A program made the translations under genes and the position numbers. The notes beneath the pieces are model-generated. The model was not told the DNA's origin. It was given only the letters and a program-made list of their open reading frames with translations, and searched no databases. Below, piece after piece: positions 32,383-40,656 of a stretch of 46,648 nucleotides of DNA (the first letter of the stretch is position 1; every line of letters starts with the position of its first letter). Source of the DNA: a virus; the IMG/VR virus record IMGVR_UViG_3300030381_000058; one strand, given 5' to 3'.

Positions 32383-33162
32383 ATGGAAGAAAGATCGACT
32401 TTCCAATTTTTTCGTTCCTTTTATGATGCGGCGCGGAAAATCCCTGACAAGGAAATGCAGGCGGACTTCTTAATGGCTATCTGCGAATACGCATTGAACG
32501 GGGACTCCCCGGAAGAAACCGGCATCATCGGCGCTTTGTTTGAACTGGTGAAGCCTAATCTGGATACCAGCCGCAAGCGGGCGCAAGCTGGACGTGTTGG
32601 CGGAGAAGCAAAGCGAAGCAACACGGAAGCAAATGCAAAGCAAAACGAAGCAAAACCTAGCAAAGTGCAAAACCACGTAAGCGATGGGGAAGGGGAAGAA
32701 GAAGGGGATGTAGATGTAGATGGGGATGTAGAAGAAAAGAAAAGGGAAAAAGAAAATGCGGCATCCGCCAAGGCGTTGCCGCCCTTCCCTCCCCGACCTC
32801 AAATCCCCTATGATTCCATCCGGGACGCATACAACGAAATCTGCGCGTCGTTTCCCCGCTGTACGGCTATCAACGAAAGCCGGAAAAAGGCGATTCGGGC
32901 CAGGTTCAACGCTGGGTATACGCTGGATGATTTTCGGCAGTTGTTCCACAAGGCCGAAAACAGCAGTTTCCTCCGGGGGCGGAATGACCGCAACTGGTCG
33001 GCAACGTTCGATTGGCTGGTGAAGGATTCCAACATGGCAAAAGTGTTGGAGGGAAATTACGACGATTCCGGGGCTAGATCTGGCCCTGCTCCCAAGCAGA
33101 CACAACGGCAGAGTTGGGCAGACCTGGCCCGGCAGATGGACGAAGAGGAGGGAGTATCATGA
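32383..33162 (+). CDS. Replisome organiser / DnaD-like initiator (DUF6291 N-terminus, TIGR02220-like C-terminus)
   Basis: FQFFRSFYDAARKIPDKEMQADFLMAICEYALNG at the N-terminus. C-terminus IPYDSIRDAYNEICASFPRCTAINESRKKAIRARF...FLRGRNDRNWSATFDWLV. The central low-complexity linker carries the repeats. Confidence 0.65.
   Translation: MEERSTFQFFRSFYDAARKIPDKEMQADFLMAICEYALNGDSPEETGIIGALFELVKPNLDTSRKRAQAGRVGGEAKRSNTEANAKQNEAKPSKVQNHVSDGEGEEEGDVDVDGDVEEKKREKENAASAKALPPFPPRPQIPYDSIRDAYNEICASFPRCTAINESRKKAIRARFNAGYTLDDFRQLFHKAENSSFLRGRNDRNWSATFDWLVKDSNMAKVLEGNYDDSGARSGPAPKQTQRQSWADLARQMDEEEGVS
32606..32760 (+). repeat. Candidate replication origin inside the organiser gene (AAGCAAA repeats at helical spacing, GATGTAGA repeats, A-rich tract)
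   Basis: AAGCAAA or one-mismatch variants at 32606, 32616, 32627, 32638, 32648 and 32658 (spacing 10, 11, 11, 10, 10). GATGTAGA at 32707, 32713 and 32725, followed by agaagaaaagaaaagggaaaaagaaaatg. Confidence 0.55.
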
Positions 33163-33896
33163 CTAGGCAAGAAACCGGCATCATCATGGATATCCTGACC
33201 ACGGCCTACCCGGCTTTCTACAACGGCAGAAACGCTCCTGATATGCGGATGACGGTAAACCTTTGGGCGGAAATGTTCGCAGAGGACGATGTGAAGATCG
33301 TTGCGGCGGCTGTGAAAGCCTTGATTGCGACGGATGACAAGGGTTTCCCGCCACACATCGGGGCTGTGAAGGGCCGGATTCGGCAGATCAGCAACCGGGA
33401 CGAAATGACGGAGCAGGAAGCTTGGGCGCTGATTTCCAAAGCGCTACGCGATGGGTATTACAACGCAGAAGCGGAATTTGCTAAACTGCCGCCGCTGGTG
33501 CAGGACGTTGTACACGATCCTAGGCAGTTGCGGGAATGGTCGATGATGGACGAAGCAACTGTGCAGTCCGTGGTAGCATCCAACGTACAGCGTAGTTTCC
33601 GGGCAAAGGCCCAGAGCAGGCGAGATTTTGAAGCACTACCCAAGGACGTGCAGGCGTTGGCAAAAACATTTGCCACCGCTCTGCCACAGATGCCGGAGGA
33701 ACCCAAACCGGCGGCGTTGCAGCCCAGAGTGCGGACAGTGGAGGATATTCGGGCCGACATGGAAAAAACGCGGGAAATCCTGATGCAGCAGGCCGGGACG
33801 AAAAAGAAGCCTACTGACTACACGCCGCCTACGCCGGTAGACTGGGAACGGCGGAGACAGGATGCGTTGCGTAGATTCCGGGAGGTGGCGCAGTGA
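33159..33896 (+). CDS. Helicase-loader-like protein (G39P-type)
   Basis: ATGA overlap with the upstream stop. NLWAEMFAEDDVKIVAAAVKALIATDDKGFPPHIGAVKGRI resembles the G39P loader family. Follows the organiser gene. Confidence 0.55.
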   Translation: MTRQETGIIMDILTTAYPAFYNGRNAPDMRMTVNLWAEMFAEDDVKIVAAAVKALIATDDKGFPPHIGAVKGRIRQISNRDEMTEQEAWALISKALRDGYYNAEAEFAKLPPLVQDVVHDPRQLREWSMMDEATVQSVVASNVQRSFRAKAQSRRDFEALPKDVQALAKTFATALPQMPEEPKPAALQPRVRTVEDIRADMEKTREILMQQAGTKKKPTDYTPPTPVDWERRRQDALRRFREVAQ

Positions 33897-34285
33897 CGGT
33901 TTGTAGTTTCACCATCCCATATCCGGCAGGAAAAAAGGCTATGGCGATATGGAATAAACGTTTTGGGCTAAATGCCTACTATGCCGGAAAACACTGGGCC
34001 AAACGAAAAGAAGATGCAAAAGAATTACACACTCTGACACGTTGGTGTATGCGCCGCGCTGGTGTTCCGCAGAGAATTTACCCAGGCCCCGTGGAATTGT
34101 TTTTCTGGTTTGATGATGGCTTGGATTGCTCTAATCACGCCGTCCTAGTGAAAGCGATTGAAGATAGCCTGAAAGGTTGGGTTATCGAGGATGATAGCCG
34201 GAAGTTTGTGAAGAGCATCAAGATCCAATTCCACGAAGAAGGGAACATCAAGGTCTTGGTTAGGGGGCTTGACAGGGTTGATTGA
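33893..34285 (+). CDS. RusA-like Holliday junction resolvase
   Basis: GTG start after [24 protein letters not shown]...[37 protein letters not shown] (D.dN...K...D pattern). Confidence 0.55.
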   Translation: MTVCSFTIPYPAGKKAMAIWNKRFGLNAYYAGKHWAKRKEDAKELHTLTRWCMRRAGVPQRIYPGPVELFFWFDDGLDCSNHAVLVKAIEDSLKGWVIEDDSRKFVKSIKIQFHEEGNIKVLVRGLDRVD

Positions 34286-34808
34286 TGTAACCGGTAGAAG
34301 GTTCGGTTTTTTGATCGCCATTGAACCGGCTGGAAAAAATAAATACAATCGGCAGCTTTGGAGATGCAAATGCGATTGCGGCAACGAAAAAGTGACTACA
34401 TGGGACGGCTTGAGAGACGGAACAACGAAATCATGCGGTTGCTTACACAGAAAAACTTCTGCCGAAAATAGCAGGAAATCAAGGGATTCTGTAACAAAAC
34501 ACAGCGGGTCGCACGAAAAGCTGTATTACGTTTGGCGTTCCATGCGTTCCAGGTGTACAAGCCCTAACAATCCACGATACAAGGATTGGGGTGGGCGCGG
34601 AATTTCCGTATGCAAAGAATGGGTTGACGATTACGCTGTGTTTAAGGCATGGGCTTTTCGACATGGTTACAACCCAAACGCCGAACGCGGGCAGTGTACG
34701 ATTGAACGAATTGACAACAATGGTGATTATTGCCCAGAAAATTGCAGATGGGCTACCGCAAAAGAACAAGCCCAGAACAGAAGGCCTGCAAGACAACCAT
34801 TTTCGTGA
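34269..34808 (+). CDS. Second homing-endonuclease-like protein (paralog of 1552..2223, lacks the C-terminal HTH)
   Basis: CKCDCGNEK...[45 protein letters not shown]. Non-ATG start (TTG 34269 or 34278). Overlaps the end of the RusA-like gene. Confidence 0.55.
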   Translation: MTGLIDVTGRRFGFLIAIEPAGKNKYNRQLWRCKCDCGNEKVTTWDGLRDGTTKSCGCLHRKTSAENSRKSRDSVTKHSGSHEKLYYVWRSMRSRCTSPNNPRYKDWGGRGISVCKEWVDDYAVFKAWAFRHGYNPNAERGQCTIERIDNNGDYCPENCRWATAKEQAQNRRPARQPFS

Positions 34809-34832
34809 CCCCGCGAAAAAGGAGGAAAACCA

Positions 34833-35405
34833 ATGATCAAAATCAGAAAATGCGCCGATAAGATAACAACATGGGCGGAGCTAAGGGACGCTGTCCATGC
34901 CGGTTCCAGCTCGTTAAACGTCGGCAATGAAATCGACATTGTGCTGAAAACTGGCGAAAAAGTCACGCTGGTGTGTGAACGTGTAGGGCACATAAGCGCA
35001 ACGTTTTTTACAAAAAACCTGCTCGAAGACACCCATTGCATGAATGAGAATTGGAAAGCCAAAAACGGCGAGCAACTGAGTACGATGGAGGCATATCTGG
35101 GCAAGCTCTACTCCTTGTTGCCGGACGATTTGCAAGAAGTTGTGACTGAACCGTTGCGATTGTTGCGAGAGAAGGAAGTTTTTGGGAAAAACAAATACGG
35201 GAATGAAGAGGTGTGTGAAACACTTTCTCGTTACTCCGAGAAGGAAAACCGAGTTAAAACGCTGAACGGTGTTCCGTTCCCGTACTGGTTGGCGTCCCCG
35301 TATGTGAACAACTCCGCGCACTTTTGCTGTGTGGTCAACGACGGCAGCAGCCACTACTACACCGCCAGCACCAGCTACGGCGTGTGCTTCGGCTTTGATA
35401 TTTAA
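34833..35405 (+). CDS. DUF6273-like phage protein
   Basis: 190 aa with aaaaaggagg RBS. C-terminus FPYWLASPYVNNSAHFCCVVNDGSSHYYTASTSYGVCFGF. Confidence 0.55.
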   Translation: MIKIRKCADKITTWAELRDAVHAGSSSLNVGNEIDIVLKTGEKVTLVCERVGHISATFFTKNLLEDTHCMNENWKAKNGEQLSTMEAYLGKLYSLLPDDLQEVVTEPLRLLREKEVFGKNKYGNEEVCETLSRYSEKENRVKTLNGVPFPYWLASPYVNNSAHFCCVVNDGSSHYYTASTSYGVCFGFDI

Positions 35406-35456
35406 TCAAAAATCTAACAATCGCAAGGCATTGTGCCCCGTATAGGAGAGAAACAA

Positions 35457-36008
35457 ATGAATGAACTGAACCAATACGGTATTCTGTCTGGGAACGAAAT
35501 CCGACAGCGCATGTCCAAAGGGGATATCATCATACACCCATACAACGATCAACAGCTTGGCCCCAACAGCTACAATCTGTGTTTGATGGACCGGATGCTG
35601 GTGTACACGGAGGCGGTGTTAGACCCCAAACGGGACAACCGCACACGGGAGATCATCATCCCGCCGGAGGGTTACGTCCTAAAGCCGGGGCGCGTGTACA
35701 TCGCGTCCACGGAGGAGTGGACCGAAACCCGGAACCTGGTTCCAATGCTGGTTGGACGTTCCTCCGTTGGGCGCTTGGGACTGGCTGTGCATGTGACCGC
35801 CGGGTTTGGGGATATCGGCTTCCGGGGGCGCTGGACGCTGGAGCTGGCAGCCACCGAGCCGGTGCGCGTCTACCCCGGAATGGAAATCTGCCAAATCTAT
35901 TACCATACAATTTGTGGCGTGATCCTAGATGAATACGTCGGGAAATACGTCGGTCAAGAGGCGGCTACCCCGTCCCGGCTGTATCGGGAGATGGGCCATG
36001 AAACGTGA
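35457..36008 (+). CDS. dcd: dCTP deaminase (dUTPase superfamily)
   Basis: ILSGNEIRQRM...IHPY...QLGPNSYNLCL...PGRVYIASTEEW...VPMLVGRSSVGRLGL.VHVTAGFGDIGFRGRWTLEL...VYPGMEICQIYY. Confidence 0.9.
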   Translation: MNELNQYGILSGNEIRQRMSKGDIIIHPYNDQQLGPNSYNLCLMDRMLVYTEAVLDPKRDNRTREIIIPPEGYVLKPGRVYIASTEEWTETRNLVPMLVGRSSVGRLGLAVHVTAGFGDIGFRGRWTLELAATEPVRVYPGMEICQIYYHTICGVILDEYVGKYVGQEAATPSRLYREMGHET

Positions 36009-36219
36009 AGATATGGAACAACTTCCGGAATTGGAAATCAGCAGGATAGCCATGGAGAAGGATGCCAAGGGTGTAGCAACGAAGAATGCCAAATTAGCCC
36101 AGCGGATTATGTACGAACGCTTGCATTGGCCCTGTGCAACGGCACCGAGCCAGCACTGCGACGGGCACGGAGGCAAATACACAAAAACTGGTGTGCGTTA
36201 TGGGCACACTTACGACTGA
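35998..36219 (+). CDS. Hypothetical protein (73 aa)
   Basis: ATG overlaps the end of dcd. Translation begins MKREDMEQLPELEISRIAMEKDAKGVATKNAKLAQRIMYERLHWPC. Confidence 0.45.
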   Translation: MKREDMEQLPELEISRIAMEKDAKGVATKNAKLAQRIMYERLHWPCATAPSQHCDGHGGKYTKTGVRYGHTYD

Positions 36220-36230
36220 AAGGGGCAAAA

Positions 36231-36596
36231 ATGAAAGATTTACACACCCTGGACAAATACCGCGACCGGAATTTTGAGCGCCAATACTACGGCACAAACG
36301 GAGACGCTGGAAACGGCGTCTTCCGGGTGCCTGTTGGCGGCAAAATGTTCAACGTTGTGGCATCCAACGGCGGCGGCTGGGAACATGTTAGCGTGTCACC
36401 GGCCAACCGGAAGCGGAAGAGGGCTCCTACATGGGAGGAAATGTGCGAAATTAAGCACATGTTCTTCCATGAAGACGAGATGGTGGTAGAGTACCACCCA
36501 GCCAAGGCGGACTATGTGAATCTACATCCCCTGTGCCTGCATTTATGGCGGCCTACGGTGATGCACATGCCAAAGCCACCAAAAATTTTTGTGTGA
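36231..36596 (+). CDS. Conserved phage protein (GGWEHVSVS ... LHLW family)
   Basis: gaaagggg RBS. GVFRVPVGGKMFNVVASNGGGWEHVSVSP...APTWEEMCEIKHMFFHEDEMVVEYHP...YVNLHPLCLHLWRP. Confidence 0.6.
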   Translation: MKDLHTLDKYRDRNFERQYYGTNGDAGNGVFRVPVGGKMFNVVASNGGGWEHVSVSPANRKRKRAPTWEEMCEIKHMFFHEDEMVVEYHPAKADYVNLHPLCLHLWRPTVMHMPKPPKIFV

Positions 36597-36609
36597 TGGA
36601 GGGGAAAAT

Positions 36610-37074
36610 ATGAGAAGTTGTATTGAACGAGCGTTCCAGCGGCTGCACAGATACTGCGCCAAGAGAACTAATTGCGACAATTGTCATTTCGTCACTAGTA
36701 ACGGGGACTGTGCTTTGAACATCACTGAAGCCTTGTTAAAGGCGATTAGCAAAGTGGGCGGAAGCCCTCTCAGCGAGTGGGACACTGTGGGAGTTGTTAG
36801 TCTGGTGGCAAACCAGTCTGCCGCCGATGTGGCCCCGGTGCGGCGGGGGCAATGGAATTGGGTGCACAGACTAAAAGGGGGCTTTGAACATTACACAGGG
36901 CGAGAGGCGAATCCGGGAACAGAATATCCGGAGACATACACCATAAGAAGGGATGAGCGCAGAGAGGTTGATGATCCGTATTGCCCATTTTGTGGTAAAT
37001 GGAACGAATCTATTTGGCTGAATTTTTGCCCGAACTGCGGTGCGGACATGCGGGAGGTGCCAAATGACGATTGA
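36610..37074 (+). CDS. Hypothetical protein with C-terminal zinc ribbon
   Basis: ggagggg RBS. Contains CPFCGKW...CPNCGADM. Confidence 0.55.
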   Translation: MRSCIERAFQRLHRYCAKRTNCDNCHFVTSNGDCALNITEALLKAISKVGGSPLSEWDTVGVVSLVANQSAADVAPVRRGQWNWVHRLKGGFEHYTGREANPGTEYPETYTIRRDERREVDDPYCPFCGKWNESIWLNFCPNCGADMREVPNDD

Positions 37075-37399
37075 TGAGGCGAGAGCGTGGCTCCAGCGCC
37101 ACGCAGACAACACTCCCATGCCTGGGGCGAGGGAGGCGTATCGGACTATTCTGGAGGCACTGCAACGGACTAGGTGGATTCCGGTGACAGAACGGTTGCC
37201 AGAAAAACAAGGCTGGTACCACGTGGTTATTTTAGATACAAAAACAAAGCGAAAAGTGGTCGAGCAGGATCTGTTTTCTATCGAATTGGCCGAAAAATAC
37301 GGGCATAATGTAGGTTTCTGCAAAGATGGACGGTGGGAAGGACGCGATAGAGTGATAATGTGGATGCCTTTCCCGGAACCGCCGGGGGTGGACGCATGA
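37064..37399 (+). CDS. DUF551-like protein
   Basis: GGAGGTG RBS. RWIPVTERLPEKQGWYHVVI...VIMWMPFPEPP is the DUF551 signature. Confidence 0.65.
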   Translation: MTIDEARAWLQRHADNTPMPGAREAYRTILEALQRTRWIPVTERLPEKQGWYHVVILDTKTKRKVVEQDLFSIELAEKYGHNVGFCKDGRWEGRDRVIMWMPFPEPPGVDA

Positions 37400-38031
37400 A
37401 AAGATTGTTGGTAGCCTGTGAAGAATCACAGCGTGTTACAGCCGCGTTTAGAGCTATGGGGTGGGAAGCCTATTCCTGCGATATCCAGGAACCGTCTGGG
37501 GGGCATCCTGAATGGCATATCATGGGAGATTGCCTGCCTCTGCTGAATGGGGACTGTACGTTCCGCACGATGGATGGTGCAGAGCGCTGTATTGATGGGC
37601 GGTGGGACATGATTTTAGCGTTCCCGCCCTGCACAAAAACAAGCAACGCTGGGGCGCGGCACCTGTGGAAGGGTGGGAAATTAAACATCCCACGCTACTA
37701 CGATGGATTGTGTGGCAAATCGTTGTTTATGGCTATTTTGGCCGCTGACTGCCAAAAAATTGCAGTAGAAAACCCGATGCCATCTGCTGTGTTCGATTTT
37801 CCGAAACCAACCCAAATTATCCAGCCCTACTATTTCGGCGACCCATGGCAGAAAAAAACGTTGCTGTGGCTGAAAGGGCTGGAACCACTGAAACCAACGA
37901 ACATGGTGGAACCATTGGCAGAGTGTCACAGTGCTGGAACGTGGTTTATGAAAGGTGGAAAGGAACGACAGAAAAACAGGGCAAAGTTAGCCTACGGCAT
38001 AGCTAACGCTATGGCAGAACAATGGGGATAA
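37396..38031 (+). CDS. Short C5-cytosine-methyltransferase-like protein
   Basis: ATGA overlap with the upstream stop. LVACEESQRVTAAFRAMGWEAYSCDI, ILAFPPCTKTSNAG (PC motif IV-like), IAVENP (ENV-like), LLWLKGLEPLKPT. No obvious target-recognition domain. Confidence 0.55.
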   Translation: MKRLLVACEESQRVTAAFRAMGWEAYSCDIQEPSGGHPEWHIMGDCLPLLNGDCTFRTMDGAERCIDGRWDMILAFPPCTKTSNAGARHLWKGGKLNIPRYYDGLCGKSLFMAILAADCQKIAVENPMPSAVFDFPKPTQIIQPYYFGDPWQKKTLLWLKGLEPLKPTNMVEPLAECHSAGTWFMKGGKERQKNRAKLAYGIANAMAEQWG

Positions 38032-38075
38032 CACATAACCGTGTTGGAATCGACACGGTTAGAGAGGAGGACAAA

Positions 38076-38393
38076 ATGAACATCCCGGATAAAATGAAAT
38101 GCTGGAGAGATTTCCCAGCCATGGTAGGCTATGCTGCCTGCTATGAAGCCCTAGCAGAGGAGTGCATGGAGTTGGCCCACTGCGCCCTGAAACTCGCCAG
38201 AGTTTTGCGGGGAGATAACCCGGTTAAAGAGGGCGGAAGGAACTACCTGGATAAGTTGGACGAAAAATACACCGACGTCGTTTCTTGCGCTATCGCTCTG
38301 GAACTGAAACCAAATGCAGATATATCCGTTTGGAAGTGGAATTGCCACAAGAAGCGGCTGGAAGAAGCGCTTGAAAGAGAGGGGGATAACTGA
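38076..38393 (+). CDS. MazG-like NTP pyrophosphohydrolase, tentative
   Basis: gagaggagg RBS. 105 aa, all-helical, with an LAEECMELAHCALKLAR EExxE-type segment. Weak call. Confidence 0.3.
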   Translation: MNIPDKMKCWRDFPAMVGYAACYEALAEECMELAHCALKLARVLRGDNPVKEGGRNYLDKLDEKYTDVVSCAIALELKPNADISVWKWNCHKKRLEEALEREGDN

Positions 38394-38563
38394 TGGAATG
38401 GATGTTAGCCCATCCCTGGATGGTGTTCTGGCTGGAAGCCCTAGCTATCATCTGCACGGCGGAAACCGTGCAGGTGGTGGCAACGCTGGGCGAACGTAAG
38501 GCCATGCACAAGGCGGCGTTGGCTATCGCTGAAATGAAAAAGCTGGAAATGAGGGACAAATGA
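38393..38563 (+). CDS. Small hydrophobic protein (56 aa)
   Basis: TGATG overlap with the upstream stop. Translation MEWMLAHPWMVFWLEALAIICTAETVQVVATLGERKAMHKAALAIAEMKKLEMRDK*. Confidence 0.4.
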   Translation: MEWMLAHPWMVFWLEALAIICTAETVQVVATLGERKAMHKAALAIAEMKKLEMRDK

Positions 38564-39054
38564 TGAATCGTAAAAAATGCTGGAAATGTGGCTCTGAGAA
38601 CGTAGGTGTAGCCTCGGAAACAAATAAAATCGCAGGATTCATGTTCACGGAATATAGAATCATGTGCTATGAATGTGGGGCGATGGGAGAAGCGGCAAAA
38701 AACATGAATGACGCATGGTATTTGTGGAACGCAAGTGATGCGGCGGAGAAAAAAGTTACTGTGCAAGCCACCCGCAAAACCATCCTGGACGCCGCCGAGA
38801 AGTGCGTGTGCCGGGATAGGCAGGATACGCACGGCAGACCGGAGGACAGCTTTGGCGCTATCGCCGACTTGTGGACGGCATACCTGGACATTGGCCGCGA
38901 GATCACGCCGGTTGATGTGGCGCAGATGATGATTCTGCTAAAAGTCGGCAGGGCCAAAGAAAATCCGAAACACCAGGACAACTGGGTTGATATGGCAGGC
39001 TACGCAGCCTGCGCCGGTGAAATCGCGGCGGATGTGTACGGTAATGATTCCTAA
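38560..39054 (+). CDS. Lar-like zinc finger fused to a DUF6378-type domain
   Basis: N-terminus CWKCGSEN...IMCYECGAMGEAAKNMNDAWYLWN is Lar-like. C-terminus RQDTHGRPEDSFGAIADLWTAYL...ITPVDVAQMMILLKVGRAK...DNWVDMAGYAAC. Confidence 0.55.
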   Translation: MMNRKKCWKCGSENVGVASETNKIAGFMFTEYRIMCYECGAMGEAAKNMNDAWYLWNASDAAEKKVTVQATRKTILDAAEKCVCRDRQDTHGRPEDSFGAIADLWTAYLDIGREITPVDVAQMMILLKVGRAKENPKHQDNWVDMAGYAACAGEIAADVYGNDS

Positions 39055-39238
39055 TCCCCACCGTTGCCAGAAATGCGGCAGAGAACCCGTTGTACAGTAC
39101 ATGTACAGAATCGAGGATGATGTAGAGCTGTACCGAGTAAAATGCGAAAAATGCCAGAACACAGGGAAAACGGAGCCGACCTACGGCCTAGCTGTTTTGT
39201 CCTGGAATGATGAAAACGGAAAGGATGATATAAAATGA
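39044..39238 (+). CDS. Lar-like restriction-alleviation-type zinc-finger protein (64 aa)
   Basis: CQKCGREP...VKCEKCQNTGKTEPTYGLAVLSWNDEN. Confidence 0.5.
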   Translation: MIPNPHRCQKCGREPVVQYMYRIEDDVELYRVKCEKCQNTGKTEPTYGLAVLSWNDENGKDDIK

Positions 39239-39606
39239 AGGTGTTTGTTGGGTACCCGTTGTATGGAAATCCTGGAAGTTCGGACGTTATCAAAAATTGG
39301 TTACGTGCCGTTTGCGGCGCAGAAGAGGAATGGGGGAAGGAAGTCGAAATTATGGATAGCCTTTTCCTGCAGCATCCCGATGGCGCACAGTCTTCCTGGT
39401 TTCTTGGGAAATCAATCGAAACATTGGTTGATGCCGATGCGTTGATTCTGTGCCCTGGATGGGCACATACGCCGGAGTGCAGGATTATGTACGCTGCGGC
39501 CACGGAGCTTGATAAGCCTATTTATACCGTCGCGGAAGATGGCGCTTTGCATAAGGAAATCATCATAAAGCCGTGCTTAAACGGTGTTTGGGGGGTTGGA
39601 AAATGA
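39235..39606 (+). CDS. DUF4406 / nucleoside 2-deoxyribosyltransferase-like protein, copy 1
   Basis: MKVFVGYPLYG...SWFLGKSIETLVDADALILCPGWAHTPECRIMYAAATELDKPIY. Paralog of the next gene. Confidence 0.55.
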   Translation: MKVFVGYPLYGNPGSSDVIKNWLRAVCGAEEEWGKEVEIMDSLFLQHPDGAQSSWFLGKSIETLVDADALILCPGWAHTPECRIMYAAATELDKPIYTVAEDGALHKEIIIKPCLNGVWGVGK

Positions 39607-39920
39607 AAATCTTTATCTCTCAGCCCATGCGGGGCAAAACCGACGCCGAAATCCTGGCAGAACGGGAGCGGGTTATCAAGGCTGCTAAAGCTAAGTGGGG
39701 TGATGATGTGGAGGTCCTGGAGAGTTTCTTTCAGGGCGCTCCCGCCAAAGCGAAGCCGTTGTGGTTCCTCGGAGAAAGCCTGAAGGTCATGGCAGACGCG
39801 GATGCTATCATCCTGTGCAAGGGGTGGAGCGAAGCGAGAGGATGTAAAGTGGAATTCTATGCCGCCGATGTATACGGGATTCCAGATTTCAACATGGTCG
39901 GTGACGAAATAAAGTATTAA
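39603..39920 (+). CDS. DUF4406 / nucleoside 2-deoxyribosyltransferase-like protein, copy 2
   Basis: MKIFISQPMRGKTDAEI...LWFLGESLKVMADADAIILCKGWSEARGCKVEFYAADVYGIP. ATGA overlap with the upstream stop. Confidence 0.6.
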   Translation: MKIFISQPMRGKTDAEILAERERVIKAAKAKWGDDVEVLESFFQGAPAKAKPLWFLGESLKVMADADAIILCKGWSEARGCKVEFYAADVYGIPDFNMVGDEIKY

Positions 39921-39963
39921 CGGGAAACCTGTGCAAAAAAGCACAAGTTGGAAAGGAGAACCA

Positions 39964-40656
39964 ATGATCGAGTTTGAACACACAGAGGTAGTGGGCTGGG
40001 AAGCCGCTATCAGAGGGATGCGGAACCCTCATAACAGCTGGGACAAGTCGGACAGCAAATACCTGCGCCAAGAAGACGGGCATATCATCGCAAGTTGCTA
40101 CGAAATCGGCCCCAACGACCACGACTTAATGATGCGCCTGGTCAAGGCTGGCACAGATCACCGTAAATTTATGCGGATGATCGTGGTGTATGTAGATATA
40201 ACAGCGCCGCTGTACTGGTACAAGGAACTTGAAACGTACAAGGTTGGTACGGTGTCTAACTCCTGTTCTACGATGCACAGCATCCATAAGAAGCCGTTTT
40301 TCGTGGACGATTTCAGCTGTGAAGACATTTTGGATTCATGTGATCGGCCGCTCATTTCTGCAAGATGGCAAGAACGTGTCGATTGGTCGCCTTACGAAGT
40401 GTTTTGCACTATCGTTGGGCTGCTAAATAGATGCAGAGAAATGTATCTTGAAACGGGTGAAAAAATCTGGTGGAGGCAGATTATTCAATTCCTTCCCTCT
40501 AACTACAACCAGCGCCGAACCCTGATGCTAAACTATGAAGTTCTAGTCAACATTTACCGTGCTCGGCGCAATCACAAGCTCACCGAGTGGAGGGAGTTTT
40601 GCCGCTGGATTGAAACACTCCCATACTCCGAGCTAATAACCGGGGGCGTTGAATAA
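39964..40656 (+). CDS. ThyX-like (FAD-dependent thymidylate synthase fold) protein lacking the canonical RHR motif
   Basis: aaaggag RBS. GWEAAIRGMRNPHNSW...GPNDHDLMMRLVKAGTDHRKFMRMIVVYVDITAPLYWYKELETYKVGTVSNSCSTMH, where ThyX has RHR..S...S.RY. Confidence 0.5.
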   Translation: MIEFEHTEVVGWEAAIRGMRNPHNSWDKSDSKYLRQEDGHIIASCYEIGPNDHDLMMRLVKAGTDHRKFMRMIVVYVDITAPLYWYKELETYKVGTVSNSCSTMHSIHKKPFFVDDFSCEDILDSCDRPLISARWQERVDWSPYEVFCTIVGLLNRCREMYLETGEKIWWRQIIQFLPSNYNQRRTLMLNYEVLVNIYRARRNHKLTEWREFCRWIETLPYSELITGGVE

